NCBI RefSeq assembly: GCF_001194135.2 | Contig: NC_068991.1 | Location: 60,677,023 to 60,741,022 of the forward strand | DNA length: 64,000 nt | Direction: 5' to 3' | DNA from: Octopus bimaculoides | Taxonomy: Eukaryota | In this document: in pieces, positions 11,965-24,604 of the stretch | Numbering within the stretch: position 1 is the first letter of the stretch | Layout: every line of letters starts with the position of its first letter | Notes under the pieces: model-generated | What the model was told of the DNA's origin: nothing | Databases searched by the model: none | Seen by the model: the letters and a program-made list of their open reading frames with translations, nothing else | Made by a program: the position numbers and the translations under genes

Positions 11965-12796
11965 CAATTTTTTTTTATGGCCGTCCCAACAAACTGGAAG
12001 AACACAATAGTAGAATGGTTTTATTTAATAGACAAAAGCTTTCTTTTTTTCATCTCCAACACACAAACACACGTGGAAAATAAGCCATGTTAGGTTTCGT
12101 TTATCTCTTAGCGAAACTTTCCAGCTGGTAAACGATATACAAGACATTACTTCATTTTTACTCCCATGTTAGAGAATCTCTGCTATTGTAGTCATAGTAT
12201 TAGTGGTGGTAGTGGTGGAGGTGGTTAAAAAGTATTCTTCTCAAGACATAAAAGGGATCATTTTCTTTTTTGTGAAGAGTGCACGGTATCGTCTATTCAG
12301 TTCATCCCCACATACTTATTTTATCGATCATTTTGGGATATCGAATGGCGAAAGGATGTGACACGGCACGAAGAGATCCATGTAGAATGTTTAGTCATAA
12401 AAGGAACTTTCTACGTGGCTGCTCGGATTGCTAGAAATAACAGCCAAATATCCATAGACAGATAATCGACCTTATAAAAACAAAGAAAAATAGATTGTAA
12501 AATATAGCCCTGTATATATAAACCTCTAATGGTTAATATTTAAATCTTTTTCGTCAGTTGTTTGCTCAATGAGGGCTGTTTTGGGTCTTCACAGCAACAA
12601 TCTAGTCTGGCTAATACCATCCTTGTTGAAAAAAAAAAAACAATGCTGATTGCGACTGAAATATCACGACGCATTTAGTTTCCTAACTCGAACACGTCCT
12701 ACTCCCATTTCAACATTGCTTAGTTTGTGTGTTTAATTCTAGGTCTCCAAACATGGAATTACGAAATTATTTATATTTTATACAGATGCACATGCG

Positions 12797-12965
12797 CGCG
12801 TGGTCGTGTGGAAAGAAGTTTGCTTTTCAACGTCATGGTTTTAGGTTCAGTCCCATTGTGTGGCACCTTGGACAGTCGTCTTCTATGATGTAGCCCCAGG
12901 TTGACCAAAGCCTTATGGGTAGATTTGTTACATGGAAACTGAAAGAAACTCATTGTGTATTTATA

Positions 12966-12998
<33 letters not shown>

Positions 12999-13192
12999 GT
13001 ATATGTTTGTGTGTCAACCGATGCTGGTGTGTTTACGTCCCCTTAACTTATCGGTTTGGTAACAAAAACCGATAGAATAAGTACTAGGCTTACAAAGAAT
13101 AAGTCCTGGGGTCGATTTGTTCGACTAAAGACGGTGCTCCAGCATGGCCGCAGTCAAAATGACTGAAATAAGTAAAAGAATATATATATATA
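12797..13192 (+). mobile_element. tRNA/CORE-type SINE (family 2), near full length
   Basis: Head, internal (TA)n/(TG)n and conserved 3' module ending gactgaaataagtaaaaga. Confidence 0.8.
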
Positions 13193-13499
13193 TTTATTAT
13201 ATTATATATGTCTGTGTGTTACTGTCTCGTTTGACATTGTCACTGTGTGATAGTTGTATATGAGTGTAACCATCATGAAAGCAGACATGAAAACGTGTGT
13301 GGGGGAAAAACATTACCTTGTTTAAAAGCAAGTGAGGAAGGGTGTCTGGCCCTAGAAAATCTGTCACAAGAAATTCTTTCTGACTCATGCAAGTATGAAA
13401 AAATGTTAAAATGATAATGGAGATGATTACACACACACACACACACACGGTTGTGTGTTATATAGGAATAATGGCACTTGAAACACTCATAGTAGTAAC

Positions 13500-13732
13500 A
13501 GAGACCAATCTCAGTACTAGAAATGGTGATTGAGGCATAAGGCCAGAAATCCCGAGAAGAAGGGTTAGTTGATTACATTGACTTCAGTACTTGACTGGGA
13601 CTCAGTGTTATGGACACTGGGGTGGGAAGGAAAGGCAAAGTTGACTTCTGCAGGATTTGAACTCAAAATGCAAAAAGCTGGAGAAATTTTGTCCAGTTGA
13701 TTGTCCATCAATGATTTCTTTTACATATGATG

Positions 13733-13765
<33 letters not shown>

Positions 13766-14950
13766 GTTTCAAATTTTGGCACAAGGCCAGCAATTGTTGG
13801 GGAGGGTGCCAGTTGATTACATTGACCCTGAAAGGATGAAAGGCAAATTCGACCCTGGTTACATTTGAACTCATAATGTGAAGTCGGAAGAAATGCAGGT
13901 AAGCATTTTTTTCTGGCACAGTAACGATTCTGCCAGCACACTGCTTGATGATGATGATGATGATCATCATCATCATCGTTTCACATCTGCTTTCCATGCT
14001 GGCATGGGTTGGACGATTTGACTGGGGACTGGTGAACCAGATGGCTGCACCAGGCTGCAATCTTATCTGGCAGAGTTTCTACAGTTGGATGCCCTTCCTA
14101 ATGCCAACCACTCCGAGATGATGATGATGATAATAATTCTTTCTACTGGAAGCACAAGGCCTCAAATTTGCAGGNNNNNNNNNNNNNNNNNNNNNNNNNN
14201 NNNNNNNNNNNNNNNNNNNNNNNNNNNNNNNNNNNNNNNNNNNNNNNNNNNNNNNNNNNNNNNNNNNNNNNNNNNNNNNNNNNNNNNNNNNNNNNNNNNN
14301 NNNNNNNNNNNNNNNNNNNNNNNNNNNNNNNNNNNNNNNNNNNNNNNNNNNNNNNNNNNNNNNNNNNNNNNNNNNNNNNNNNNNNNNNNNNNNNNNNNNN
14401 NNNNNNNNNNNNNNNNNNNNNNAGGCAAAGTCAACCTTGGCGGAATTTGAACTCAGAACGTAGTAGCAGACAAAATACTGCTAAACATTTCACCTGGCGT
14501 GTTAACGATTCTGCCAGCTCACTGCCTTGCATAATAATAATAATAGTAATAACGATAATAATAACAGCAATAGTTTCAAATTTAACACAAGGCCAGCAAC
14601 TTTGGGGGTTGGGGTAAGTTGATTACATTGACCCCAGTGCTCAACTGGTACTTATTTTATTGACCCTGAAAGGATGAAAGGCAAAGTTGACCTCAGCGGA
14701 ATTTGAACTCAGAATGTAAAGATGGAGGAAATACTGCTAAGCATCTTACCTGGCATGGTAACAATTCTGCCAGCTCACTGCCTTTAATAATAATCTTTTC
14801 TACTGGAAGCACAAGGCCTCAAATTTTGGGGGAAGGGATTAAGTTGATTACATTGACACCAGTATGCAACTGGTACTTAATTTATTGAACAAGGAAGGAT
14901 GAAAGGTAAAGTCGACCTTGGCGGAATTTGAACTCAGAATGTAATGGCAG
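13500..14950 (-). mobile_element. Cluster of tandem partial family 1 SINEs plus an RTE 3' fragment (about 13947-14118), interrupted by an N gap
   Basis: Repeated gaaaggatgaaaggcaaagt..acc..ggcggaatttgaactcagaa blocks separated by (AAT)n tails. Confidence 0.75.
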
Positions 14951-15196
14951 GTGGCACATAAAATACACCATTTTGAGCGTGCCCGTTGCCAGTACCGCCT
15001 GACTGGCCTTCGTGCTGGTGGCACGTAAAAGCACCCACTACACTCTCAGAGTGGTTGGTGTTAGGAAGGGCATCCAGCCGTAGAAACTCTGCCAAATCAG
15101 ATTGGAGCCTGGTGTAGCCATCTGGCTCACCAGTCCTCAGTCAAATCGTCCAACCCATGCTAGCATGGAAAGCGGACGTTAAACGATGATGATGAT
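14950..15196 (+). mobile_element. RTE LINE 3' end copy
   Basis: Same core and (GAT)n tail as 5511-6005. Confidence 0.8.
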
Positions 15197-15594
15197 ATAT
15201 AAGGCTGAATAACAAATTAAGTTCAACATCACCACACACACCTCCTTCCCCATATAACTATCATTCCTTCCTCTCTTTCCATCACCCCCACCCCCCAAAA
15301 AAATACACACAGACATACCCAAGGAGTAAACATCCCTCTAGTAAATAAACATCCATTGATGTTATGTCACCTGAAGAAATGAATCCGTGAAGATGATCTA
15401 CCTGATGCCCGTGGATACTACAGACTACACTATAATCATCTCAAGAATATGGACTGTAATCTTGAGAGACATGTGATTTGTAGAAACATGCATAGCAATG
15501 CATTAAAAGTTAAATTCCATCCAAGAATTATTGTTATTATTATTACTATCTATCTATCTATCTGTCTGTCTGTATATATATGTGTGTGTGTATG

Positions 15595-15632
<38 letters not shown>

Positions 15633-15974
15633 AAAGCAGGGAGTGTGTTCCAGGTCAAGAATGGAAGAAACCATATTATAATCAAGCAGTATATTGACCT
15701 CTTGTGTTTGTGAGTTGAGAGAAATATATTTATCTTTCCTTTAATTAATGAGTTTTCTATTGCTAAAATAGCTCTGGCCGCCCAATTAAACTTATGTTAC
15801 AGTGGTTATTAAGTGTTTTTCAAACTGTCTAGTGTCACTTTTAATTTGGATAAGACTCCAACAGACTCCACTGGTTTGGCATCACTACAGACACTACTCT
15901 GTAAGATGATTATCAAATTCCGTTGATTTGCCATTACTGTTATTGACATCACCGTTATTATTAATGCTAAAATA

Positions 15975-16175
15975 AAGGCAGCGAGCTGGCAGAATTGTTA
16001 GCATGTTGGGTAAAATGTTTAGCGGTATTTCACCTGTCACTGCAGTCTGAATTCAAATTCCACTGAGGTCAACTTTGCTCTCATCCTTTCGGGGTCGATA
16101 AATTAAATACCAATGAAACACTAGTCCCCTCCCACCAAATTTCAGGCCTTGTGCCTATTGTAGAAAGGATTATTA
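15975..16175 (+). mobile_element. tRNA-derived SINE (family 1)
   Basis: aaggcagcgagctggcagaattgttagc head and central domain as at 8519. Confidence 0.75.
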
Positions 16176-16957
16176 ATGCTAAGATAAGCAAAATTTTTTA
16201 GGTTAGTTAAAATATGTTTGTGTGACATATTTCAACTGTTAAAAGGCAAATTCAGTGGTTACTGTAGAGAAGATATTTCTCTTATGGTAAAAAGGTGTGA
16301 AAATAGCCTATTTGTTCAGTGTTGTCATCTATCAGAAATCCCAGATACCAATGTTTCAAGCTTCTTGGCTCTTGTCAATGGAATGTACCTAAGAGAGACA
16401 ACTCTGAACAATATTTTCTCCACAGTAACTGCAGTGAATTTGCCTTTTAGCAGTTGAAATATGTTACAAACATTTTAACTAACCTAAAAAAATTTTTAAT
16501 GCTAAAATCTTGCTTTTGTTGCAGGGTTGTGATATTAGAATAGCATGTCATTCATTGTCCTCATCATATCTTAATCATCTTTGTTTTCCATGCTAGTGTG
16601 GGTTGGACAATTCAACAGGAAGTGGGTAGCCAGAGGACTGCACCAATCTCCAATGTCTGTGCTGGCATATTGGCATGGTCTCTATGGCTGAATGTCCTTC
16701 CAAATGCCAACCACCTTACAAAGTGTACTAGGTAGTTTTTATGTGACACCTGCACTAGTGAAGCGGGGAAGGAGTATTGAGGGAGGTGACTTTATATCAG
16801 GTGACAAGAAGCTAAAGTATGATTGAAAGGCAAGAACAGGGATCTTACTGTAGGGGAGATCCAGGGTTATTCCAGTTAGAAAAGATGTATCTTAAGTAAT
16901 TGATCTAGGAGTGATGCAGTTGCTTTGTAGGACCTGTCTTTTGTGGTGACTCTACAT

Positions 16958-17438
16958 CAGTGGTTTTCAACCAGGGTTCATATGGCCCTTGAGGGTCCAC
17001 ATAAGATTTTGTTGTTAAAATTTGTGCAATATATTGGATATACTTCTATAATACATAAAATATTTTAGTAATTTTTAAATACAATTTCTAATAACATTTA
17101 ATTATAAAAATATACTGGAACATTTTTAAACATATATATTTTTAAACACATATATATATATGTGTGTGTGTGTTTGTCCCCCCAACATCGCTTGACAACC
17201 GATGCTGGTGTGTTTACGTCCCCGTAACTTAGCGGTTCGGCAAAAGAGACCGATAGCATAAGTACTAGGCTTACAAAGAATAAGTCCTGGAGTTGATTTT
17301 CTCGACTAAAGGCGGTGCTCCAGCATGGCCGCAGTCAAATGACTGAAACAAGTAAAAGAGTAATATGTTTATGAGGGTCCAGTAGAGTAAAATAGGGATC
17401 AAAGGGTTCCATTGGTACAAAATGGTTGAGAACCACTG
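16958..17438. mobile_element. hAT-type MITE with perfect 8-bp TSD and a nested SINE 3' half (about 17150-17362)
   Basis: TIRs CAGTGGTTTTCAACC / GGTTGAGAACCACTG; CTCTACAT on both flanks. Confidence 0.88.
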
Positions 17439-20355
17439 CTCTACATGTTCCTCATGTAGAAGAAAAAAAAATAATGTAATTGTTTACTANNNNNNNNNNN
17501 NNNNNNNNNNNNNNNNNNNNNNNNNNNNNNNNNNNNNNNNNNNNNNNNNNNNNNNNNNNNNNNNNNNNNNNNNNNNNNNNNNNNNNNNNNNNNNNNNNNN
17601 NNNNNNNNNNNNNNNNNNNNNNNNNNNNNNNNNNNNNNNNNNNNNNNNNNNNNNNNNNNNNNNNNNNNNNNNNNNNCTGGGTACATGGAGTAAATAAAAT
17701 CATAACATAAACAATTAAATATAAGAAATAATAATTTCTTAAAGTATGTGTTAATCCCCATGTACCCAGACTTTGTGGACATGTTGTATATACATCTACC
17801 TGTAAAATTATACAAGTTGAGCAGCAATGACATTAAACTCATCAGTGTGTGAGGGATTTTAAAGGTATTGTGCTACTTCCTCAGATTAAATATATAAAGT
17901 TATCAAGTGTACAACGGCTTAGAATAGCTATGGGCATGATCTTCCATTTAGATTAGTAAATATAAAATAGTCTGTTGTGTATCATACTTAATGCAGATAC
18001 ATTGTGAAAAGGCAAATTAACTGTGGTATTCATCTGGAGATAGCATATCTTTTGGATGCAGGTGATTTACTTTTTTGTAATCTATCTGCATTATGTATGA
18101 TGCAGAGATTGCTATTTTAAACTAATGCTGTTTCAGTTGCACATAAAGCATTTTTATTCAACCAGGTGGCTAACTGCAACATAAATAATTATTCAGTCAC
18201 TGCTTTTCTATATCAATAACAGCAAATTTGTCTGAGAATGAATTTTAGTAGTGAGTCCATGCTACTGATGAAGCCCAAAAAGGCTGAAATGCACATCTTG
18301 CATTCTCACCACTGCTGCTGGATGATTTTCATTTGTTACAGGTTATATTTGTGGTTTTTAAAGCAGTATGCCCATAAGAAATACTATCTTCAGATGAATA
18401 CCACAATTAATTTGCCTTTTCGTGATGTATCTGCATTAAGTATGATACACAGATGGCTGTTTTATTCTAATACTGCTTCTATTGTACAGAAATAAAATAA
18501 AATAAAAAATTGCATTAACTGAAGTTGTACAGTTTGTGTGTGTGTGTGTGTGAGAGAGAAAGAGAGTGAACAGAAGTGATTGAGTGGTCTGGGTAGAAAC
18601 ATACAATCTGAGAGATAAAGATGGATGGAACCTCATCTGAGATAGACAAGTGATCTAGTTAGAAGTCGAAACTAAGTGCTAGTCTTTAAAAACTCCATCA
18701 GAATTTAAGGAGCACGCACGCATGCACGCACGCGCGCGAATGATTGCAAAACGTTTCTGAAGAATGATGGAAAAATTTAGCCTGATGTATTTCATAACTT
18801 AAAAACACAAAAGCTTATTAAATGTATCTTAATTTCAGCAATACATATTCAGGGAAAAAAATGTCTTGTGAATTAAAACCTGTAAAACCTAATGAGATGA
18901 TTATATGTATACATAACATGGTTGTTTCTGATTTATAAACCATGACTAATTGAGTAATTCATTAAATCAATGTTATATAGAGTAATTATCATTATTACTA
19001 CTACCATCACTTCCTTCGCTACCATTATTATCACCCCCACCTCCATTTTTGTCTGGTTTCCTGCCAGCCTGCCTCTGTTATCACAAATTACTTTTATTTG
19101 TATCACCATTTGCTCAGAATGAGTTGAGTGTGTTGCAGTCAGTAAATCTACTGGTATGAGACAACTGGGCACAGCTGTTTAGGTGCTGACCTTTTGGCAT
19201 GACTGGCTGGACATTTAACCTGTTTTGGTGATAGTTTGTTTTGGCGCTGGAGGCAAACACTTACATGCACAGGTATGTGCATGCAAAAATATGCACATAC
19301 ACAAAGAGAGAGGGAGAAAGAAAGAAACATTGCACATACATACAAATATAACTAGATGCTCATACACATATACAGAGAGAGAGAGAGAGTGAGAACAACA
19401 AAAAAAACAGTAAAACATCTGATATCAAAGAAGTCAGTGTCAAATCATTGATGCCAAAACGGTTGTGTGCTAAGACGTCTCATATCCAAATCTACAACAT
19501 CCTGAATATAGAATCTAACTACATCAGAGATCATGAATGTTCAACACGGAGATCATCGACCAGTCATGATTCCAAAGATAGACAATGACAACATACACAC
19601 AAGCACCAGATATGACTTGTCTTACTAACTTACATTTTCAGTCGTCTATCTTGCTGTTTATAGAATCCTGGGAGAGGGCTCTGACAGAACTACATTGTGG
19701 ATAAGTTTGCCTTGTAGATGACAGCGCATGACTAAGCTAACAGAAGTGTTTTTTGAGCAAGATTTGGGTTGGATTGAATTGCCCATGTTCAGTCCATTGC
19801 TGGATGAAGGCCTCAGCCTGTTCTCTCCACCAGATAACAGCTTGAGATCATACTGGTTAGATGAGGTTACTCTGCCACTCTGGCTTGACATGGCTTGGCA
19901 AAGGGATGCAGGTTATTTTTTTTTTTTTGTATTCACACCCAGGAGTAGTTAAGTTGATTACATTAACTCTAGTAGGAGTTGAACTCTGAACCTAAAGACA
20001 AATGAAATAAATACTCCTAAACATTTTGCCCAGTGTGCTGATGATTTCACCAGCTTGCTGTCTCACAAGACTTACTGAAAGGAATTGATCTGATAGCAAC
20101 AATGGACTATGGAGTTTCGCATAAAATCCAAAGTGGTTATGCATTAGTTTGCTTCTCTCATTGACCAAATCTTACAGCTTTACTACATAATGGTGTGAAT
20201 GAGCCCATAATAATTGTGAGTTTTTGTGACTCTCTATTCTAGATTAAGAATGTACTGTGTACACAGTTGAATGCAGATGTTTGTCTCATTTTTACGTTTG
20301 GTTTTACTTTTCTTGTGTATCTTAGTAATGTCTAGTAGTTTGTTTTGGCTAGTAA

Positions 20356-21695
20356 TCATCATCATCATCATCATCATCATCGTTTAACGTCCGCTTTCCA
20401 TGCTAGCATGGGTTGGATGATTTGACTGAGGACTGGTGAAACCGGATGGCAACACCAGGCTCCAGTCTAATTTGGCAGAGTTTCTACAGCTGGATGCCCT
20501 TCCTAACGCCAACCACTCAGAGAGTGTAGTGGGTGCTTTTACGTGTCACCCGCACGAAAACGGCCACGCTCGAAATGGTGTCTTTTATGTGCCACCCGCA
20601 CAAGTCAGTCCAGGGGCACTGGCAACGATCTCGCTCGAAAATCCTACGGGAGCCAGTCAGGNNNNNNNNNNNNNNNNNNNNNNNNNNNNNNNNNNNNNNN
20701 NNNNNNNNNNNNNNNNNNNNNNNNNNNNNNNNNNNNNNNNNNNNNNNNNNNNNNNNNNNNNNNNNNNNNNNNNNNNNNNNNNNNNNNNNNNNNNNNNNNN
20801 NNNNNNNNNNNNNNNNNNNNNNNNNNNNNNNNNNNNNNNNNNNNNNNNNNNNNNNNNNNNNNNNNNNNNNNNNNNNNNNNNNNNNNNNNNNNNNNNNNNN
20901 NNNNNNNNNNNNNNNNNNNNNNNNNNNNNNNNNNNNNNNNNNNNNNNNNNNNNNNNNNNNNNNNNNNNNNNNNNNNNNNNNNNNNNNNNNNNNNNNNNNN
21001 NNNNNNNNNNNNNNNNNNNNNNNNNNNNNNNNNNNNNNNNNNNNNNNNNNNNNNNNNNNNNNNNNNNNNNNNNNNNNNNNNNNNNNNNNNNNNNNNNNNN
21101 NNNNNNNNNNNNNNNNNNNNNNNNNNNNNNNNNNNNNNNNNNNNNNNNNNNNNNNNNNNNNNNNNNNNNNNNNNNNNNNNNNNNNNNNNNNNNNNNNNNN
21201 NNNNNNNNNNNNNNNNNNNNNNNNNNNNNNNNNNNNNNNNNNNNNNNNNNNNNNNNNNNNNNNNNNNNNNNNNNNNNNNNNNNNNNNNNNNNNNNNNNNN
21301 NNNNNNNNNNNNNNNNNNNNNNNNNNNNNNNNNNNNNNNNNNNNNNNNNNNNNNNNNNNNNNNNNNNNNNNNNNNNNNNNNNNNNNNNNNNNNNNNNNNN
21401 NNNNNNNNNNNNNNNNNNCCTGTTTGTTTACAGTCTTTATTGCACCTGAACATCTGCCACAAACAAAAACTAACTTGCTAGTTAACCTGCCTTTGATGTT
21501 GCTGCACCTCTTATGTGTCCATAGCTTGCACCGGGTACATCTTATAGAGTTACTACCTACTCCTTTTCTACATACTGAGCAGGGCCATCTACCTGAAGGG
21601 GTTTGTGTTTTATCTACCTTCCTACTTATTAGGATTTTGGTTTTAGCTAGGTTGACTCTAAGGCCCTTCAATTCTAGACCTTGCTTCCACACCTG
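20356..21695 (-). mobile_element. RTE LINE: RT C-terminal and PHD-like segment (21419-21695), N gap, then 3' UTR and (ATG)n tail (20356-20661)
   Basis: WKQGLELKGLRVNLAKTKIL..SGRWPCSVCRKGVGSNSIRCTRCKLWTHKRCS..CGRC is typical of RTE ORF2 with an inserted Cys/His finger. The same-strand 3' end lies across the gap. Confidence 0.85.
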
Positions 21696-22029
21696 AAACT
21701 TCTCCTCTAGTTCTGATTATCAAAAAATTTGTTGCAAATGCTTTTGTTTGTGTTGTGTAAGTTAATGCTTTCATTTTTAAAACTTATATTTTTCACATTT
21801 GTTAAAATCAAACATCTGCTTTTTGAATTTAGTTTTGTTGTTGTTGTTGTTGTAGTAGTCTGTGTTATGTTAGAATTGGTTTTAGGGTGTTTCTTGTTCA
21901 GCCCATGTATTGGAGTAAACTCCACATTTTTGTAAGGTTCACTTTATACAAAAAGGGCACTTAGCAAGACCGCCGTGTTATGTTGGTAAATAATCTTTAT
22001 TCTAGTGTAAATAATAATTCTTTCTAATT

Positions 22030-22470
22030 TGGCACAAGGCCATCAATTTTTAAGGGAAGAAAAAGTTGATTACATTGACACACAATACTTGGCTGGTACT
22101 TATTTTTTCTGACTCCCAAAAGGATGGAAAGCAAAGTTGGCAGAATTTGAACTGAGAATGTAAAGAGCAAGAAAAATGCCACTAAGCATATTGTCAGTTC
22201 TACTAGGTTACCACCTTAACAACAACAACAACAACAACAACAACAATAATAATAATAAGCCTGTCTATTGTAAGCACAAGCTGAAATTTTGTGGGAGGGG
22301 GCTAGTCAATTACTTTAACACCAACATTCAACAGATATTTATTTTATTGACCCCAAAAGGGATGAAAAGCAAAGTTGATCTTGACAGAATTTGAACTCAG
22401 AACATAAAGATGGAAGAAATGCTGATAAGCATTTTGCTTGACATGCTAACAATTCTATCAGCTTGCTACC
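22030..22470 (-). mobile_element. Two tandem partial family 1 SINEs
   Basis: Two ggatg.aaagcaaagt....gaatttgaact blocks separated by (AAC)n. Confidence 0.65.
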
Positions 22471-22564
22471 TTAGCAGTAGTAATAATAGTAACAACAAAA
22501 TACATCTTAATGATTTTCTTTAATGACACAATTTGATTTGCTTTTTTCTTTTTTTTTTCTACAG

Positions 22565-22708
22565 GTGGTGACGATCGGAGAGTTTTACTTTGGAATACGG
22601 AGAAGGCATTGTCCGATATTGGAGGTCCTCTTAGTATGAAAGGAGAACATAATAGTAACATATTTTGTTTGGCATTTGACAACGAAAATAAAAGAATCTT
22701 TTCTGGAG
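22565..22708 (+). CDS. DCAF5: DCAF5 exon 2 (144 nt)
   Basis: Poly-T acceptor ctacag|. Encodes GGDDRRVLLWNTEKA...GEHNSNIFCLAFDNENKRIFSG, donor g|gtgaaa. Confidence 0.97.
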
Positions 22709-22800
22709 GTGAAAACCTTTTAATGCATTATTCTAAAAAAATATTCTCATTATTGGTGTAGTAGAACTTTTGTTGAATGGGTTCAAACTCTCTTCTATAT

Positions 22801-23047
22801 CAGTGGTTCTCAACCATGTTTTGCCTATGGACGCCTTTGATTCCTATTTTGCCTGGGTGGATCCTCATAACCATTCCATGTTTAAAAAATTCTAATATTT
22901 TTATAAGTAAATATTATTAGGAATCGCATAAAACTAATTATTAAAATATTTTGTGTATTGTAGATGTATAACCAGTAGATAAATTTTAACAATGAAATCT
23001 TATGTGGGCCCCCAAGGATCATATGAAACCCTGGTTGAGAACCACTG
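22801..23047. mobile_element. hAT-type MITE
   Basis: TIRs CAGTGGTTCTCAACCA / TGGTTGAGAACCACTG; degenerate 8-bp TSD ttctatat / gtctaaat. Confidence 0.8.
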
Positions 23048-23667
23048 GTCTAAATGGTCTTGAATTCATATCCTACTGCAAACATTGTGTCTCAGAGCAA
23101 GACATCATCATCATCAGCATTTAACGTCCATTTTCCATGCTGGAATGGGCTGGATGGTTTGACAGGAGCCGGCAAGGCCAGAGGTTGACCCAGGTTCCAT
23201 AATCTGTTTTGGTTTGGTTTTTATGGCTGGATGCCCTTCTTAATGCCAACTACTTTTCAGAGTGTACTGAGTGCTATTTATGTGGCACCAGCACCCACAT
23301 CAATGTTGTGGGTGGGTCTTCTTGAGTGCAGCAATGTGCCAGTGCCACATATCTCAGTCCTCTGTTATCTTCTTTGTAATGCTCAGGATTTTGAGATCAG
23401 CCATCAACGACATTCAAACACATTGTTGTCCATTAAAGAAATCATTGTTTCAATACATAACCATAATTTCATTAAATCTTCCTGCTTAGTGTATACATTG
23501 TTTTGATACTATACACTCTAATAAGGCACAGATGTGGCCGTGTGGTTAAAAAGCTTGCTTTCCAGCCATTAGTCTTGAGTTCAATCCCACTGTGTGATAT
23601 CTCTGTTAAATGTCTTCTAGTATAGCCCTGGGCTGACCAAAGCCTTATCAGTGGATTTGGTAGATGG

Positions 23668-24305
23668 ATCGTTACCAACGTTGCCTTCCTGTCATTTGTG
23701 CCAGTGGCACGTGAAAAGACATTCGAGCGAGATCGTTGCGACGTCGCCTTCCTGGCACGTGAAAAGTCATTTGAGCGAGATCGTTGCCAGTGCCGATGGA
23801 CTGGCTCCGGTGCAGGTGACACGTAAAATACACCATTTCGAGCATGGCCGTGGATCGTTACCAATATTGCCTTCCTGGCACTTGTGCCAGTGGCACGTGA
23901 AAAGACATTTGAGTGAGATCGTTGCCAGTGTTGATGGACTGGCTCCTGTGCAGGTGACACGTAATACACCATTTCGAGCGTGGCCTTTGCCGGTAAGACA
24001 TCCGAGCGAGATCATTGCCAGTGCCCCTGGACTGGCCATGTGCAGGTGGCACGTAAAATACACCATTTCGAGCATGGCCGTTGCCAGTACCCGCCTGACT
24101 GCCCCTCGTGCCGGTGGCACGTAAAAGCACTCACTACACTCTCAGAGTGGTTGGCGTTAGGAAGGGCATCCAGCTGTAGAAACTCTGCCAAATCAGATTG
24201 GAGCCTGGTGTAGCCAACTGGTTTCACCAGTCCTCAGTCAAATCGTCCAACCCATGCTAGCATGGAAAGCGGACATTAAACGATGATGATGATGATGATG
24301 ATGAT
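23668..24305 (+). mobile_element. RTE LINE 3' end with expanded subrepeat array, inserted into a SINE head (23525-23667)
   Basis: Multiple ~50-60-bp units (cgagatcgttgccagtgcc / caccatttcgagc.tggcc) followed by the common core and (GAT)n. Confidence 0.8.
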
Positions 24306-24340
24306 ATATGTGTGTGTGTACACATAAATGTATATATATA

Positions 24341-24567
24341 CAGGGTGGCCCAAAAGTAGGTTTACAGTTATTCAAACTACCTCTTTCACATTCGTATATT
24401 AACATTTTAGATCTTAATTATAAAAAAATATGAAACCATATTCTATGCTAATTTAATTAATTTTGTCAAGCTCCCTTTTCATTTTGTAAGATACAAATTT
24501 AAATGTAATAAAATGTGTTAAAAGAAATTTAAAGTGACTACTTGATAACTGTAAACCTACTTTTGGG

Positions 24568-24570
<3 letters not shown>
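24341..24570. mobile_element. Tc1/mariner-type MITE
   Basis: Inverted ends (cagggtg)gcccaaaagtaggtttacagttat / ataactgtaaacctacttttgggtc, set in TA runs. Confidence 0.75.

Positions 24571-24604
<34 letters not shown>

Noticed and set aside
23668-24120. Regularly spaced repeats that superficially resemble a CRISPR array
   Set aside because: The spacers are themselves repeated modules of the RTE 3' UTR, the context is eukaryotic and there are no cas genes.
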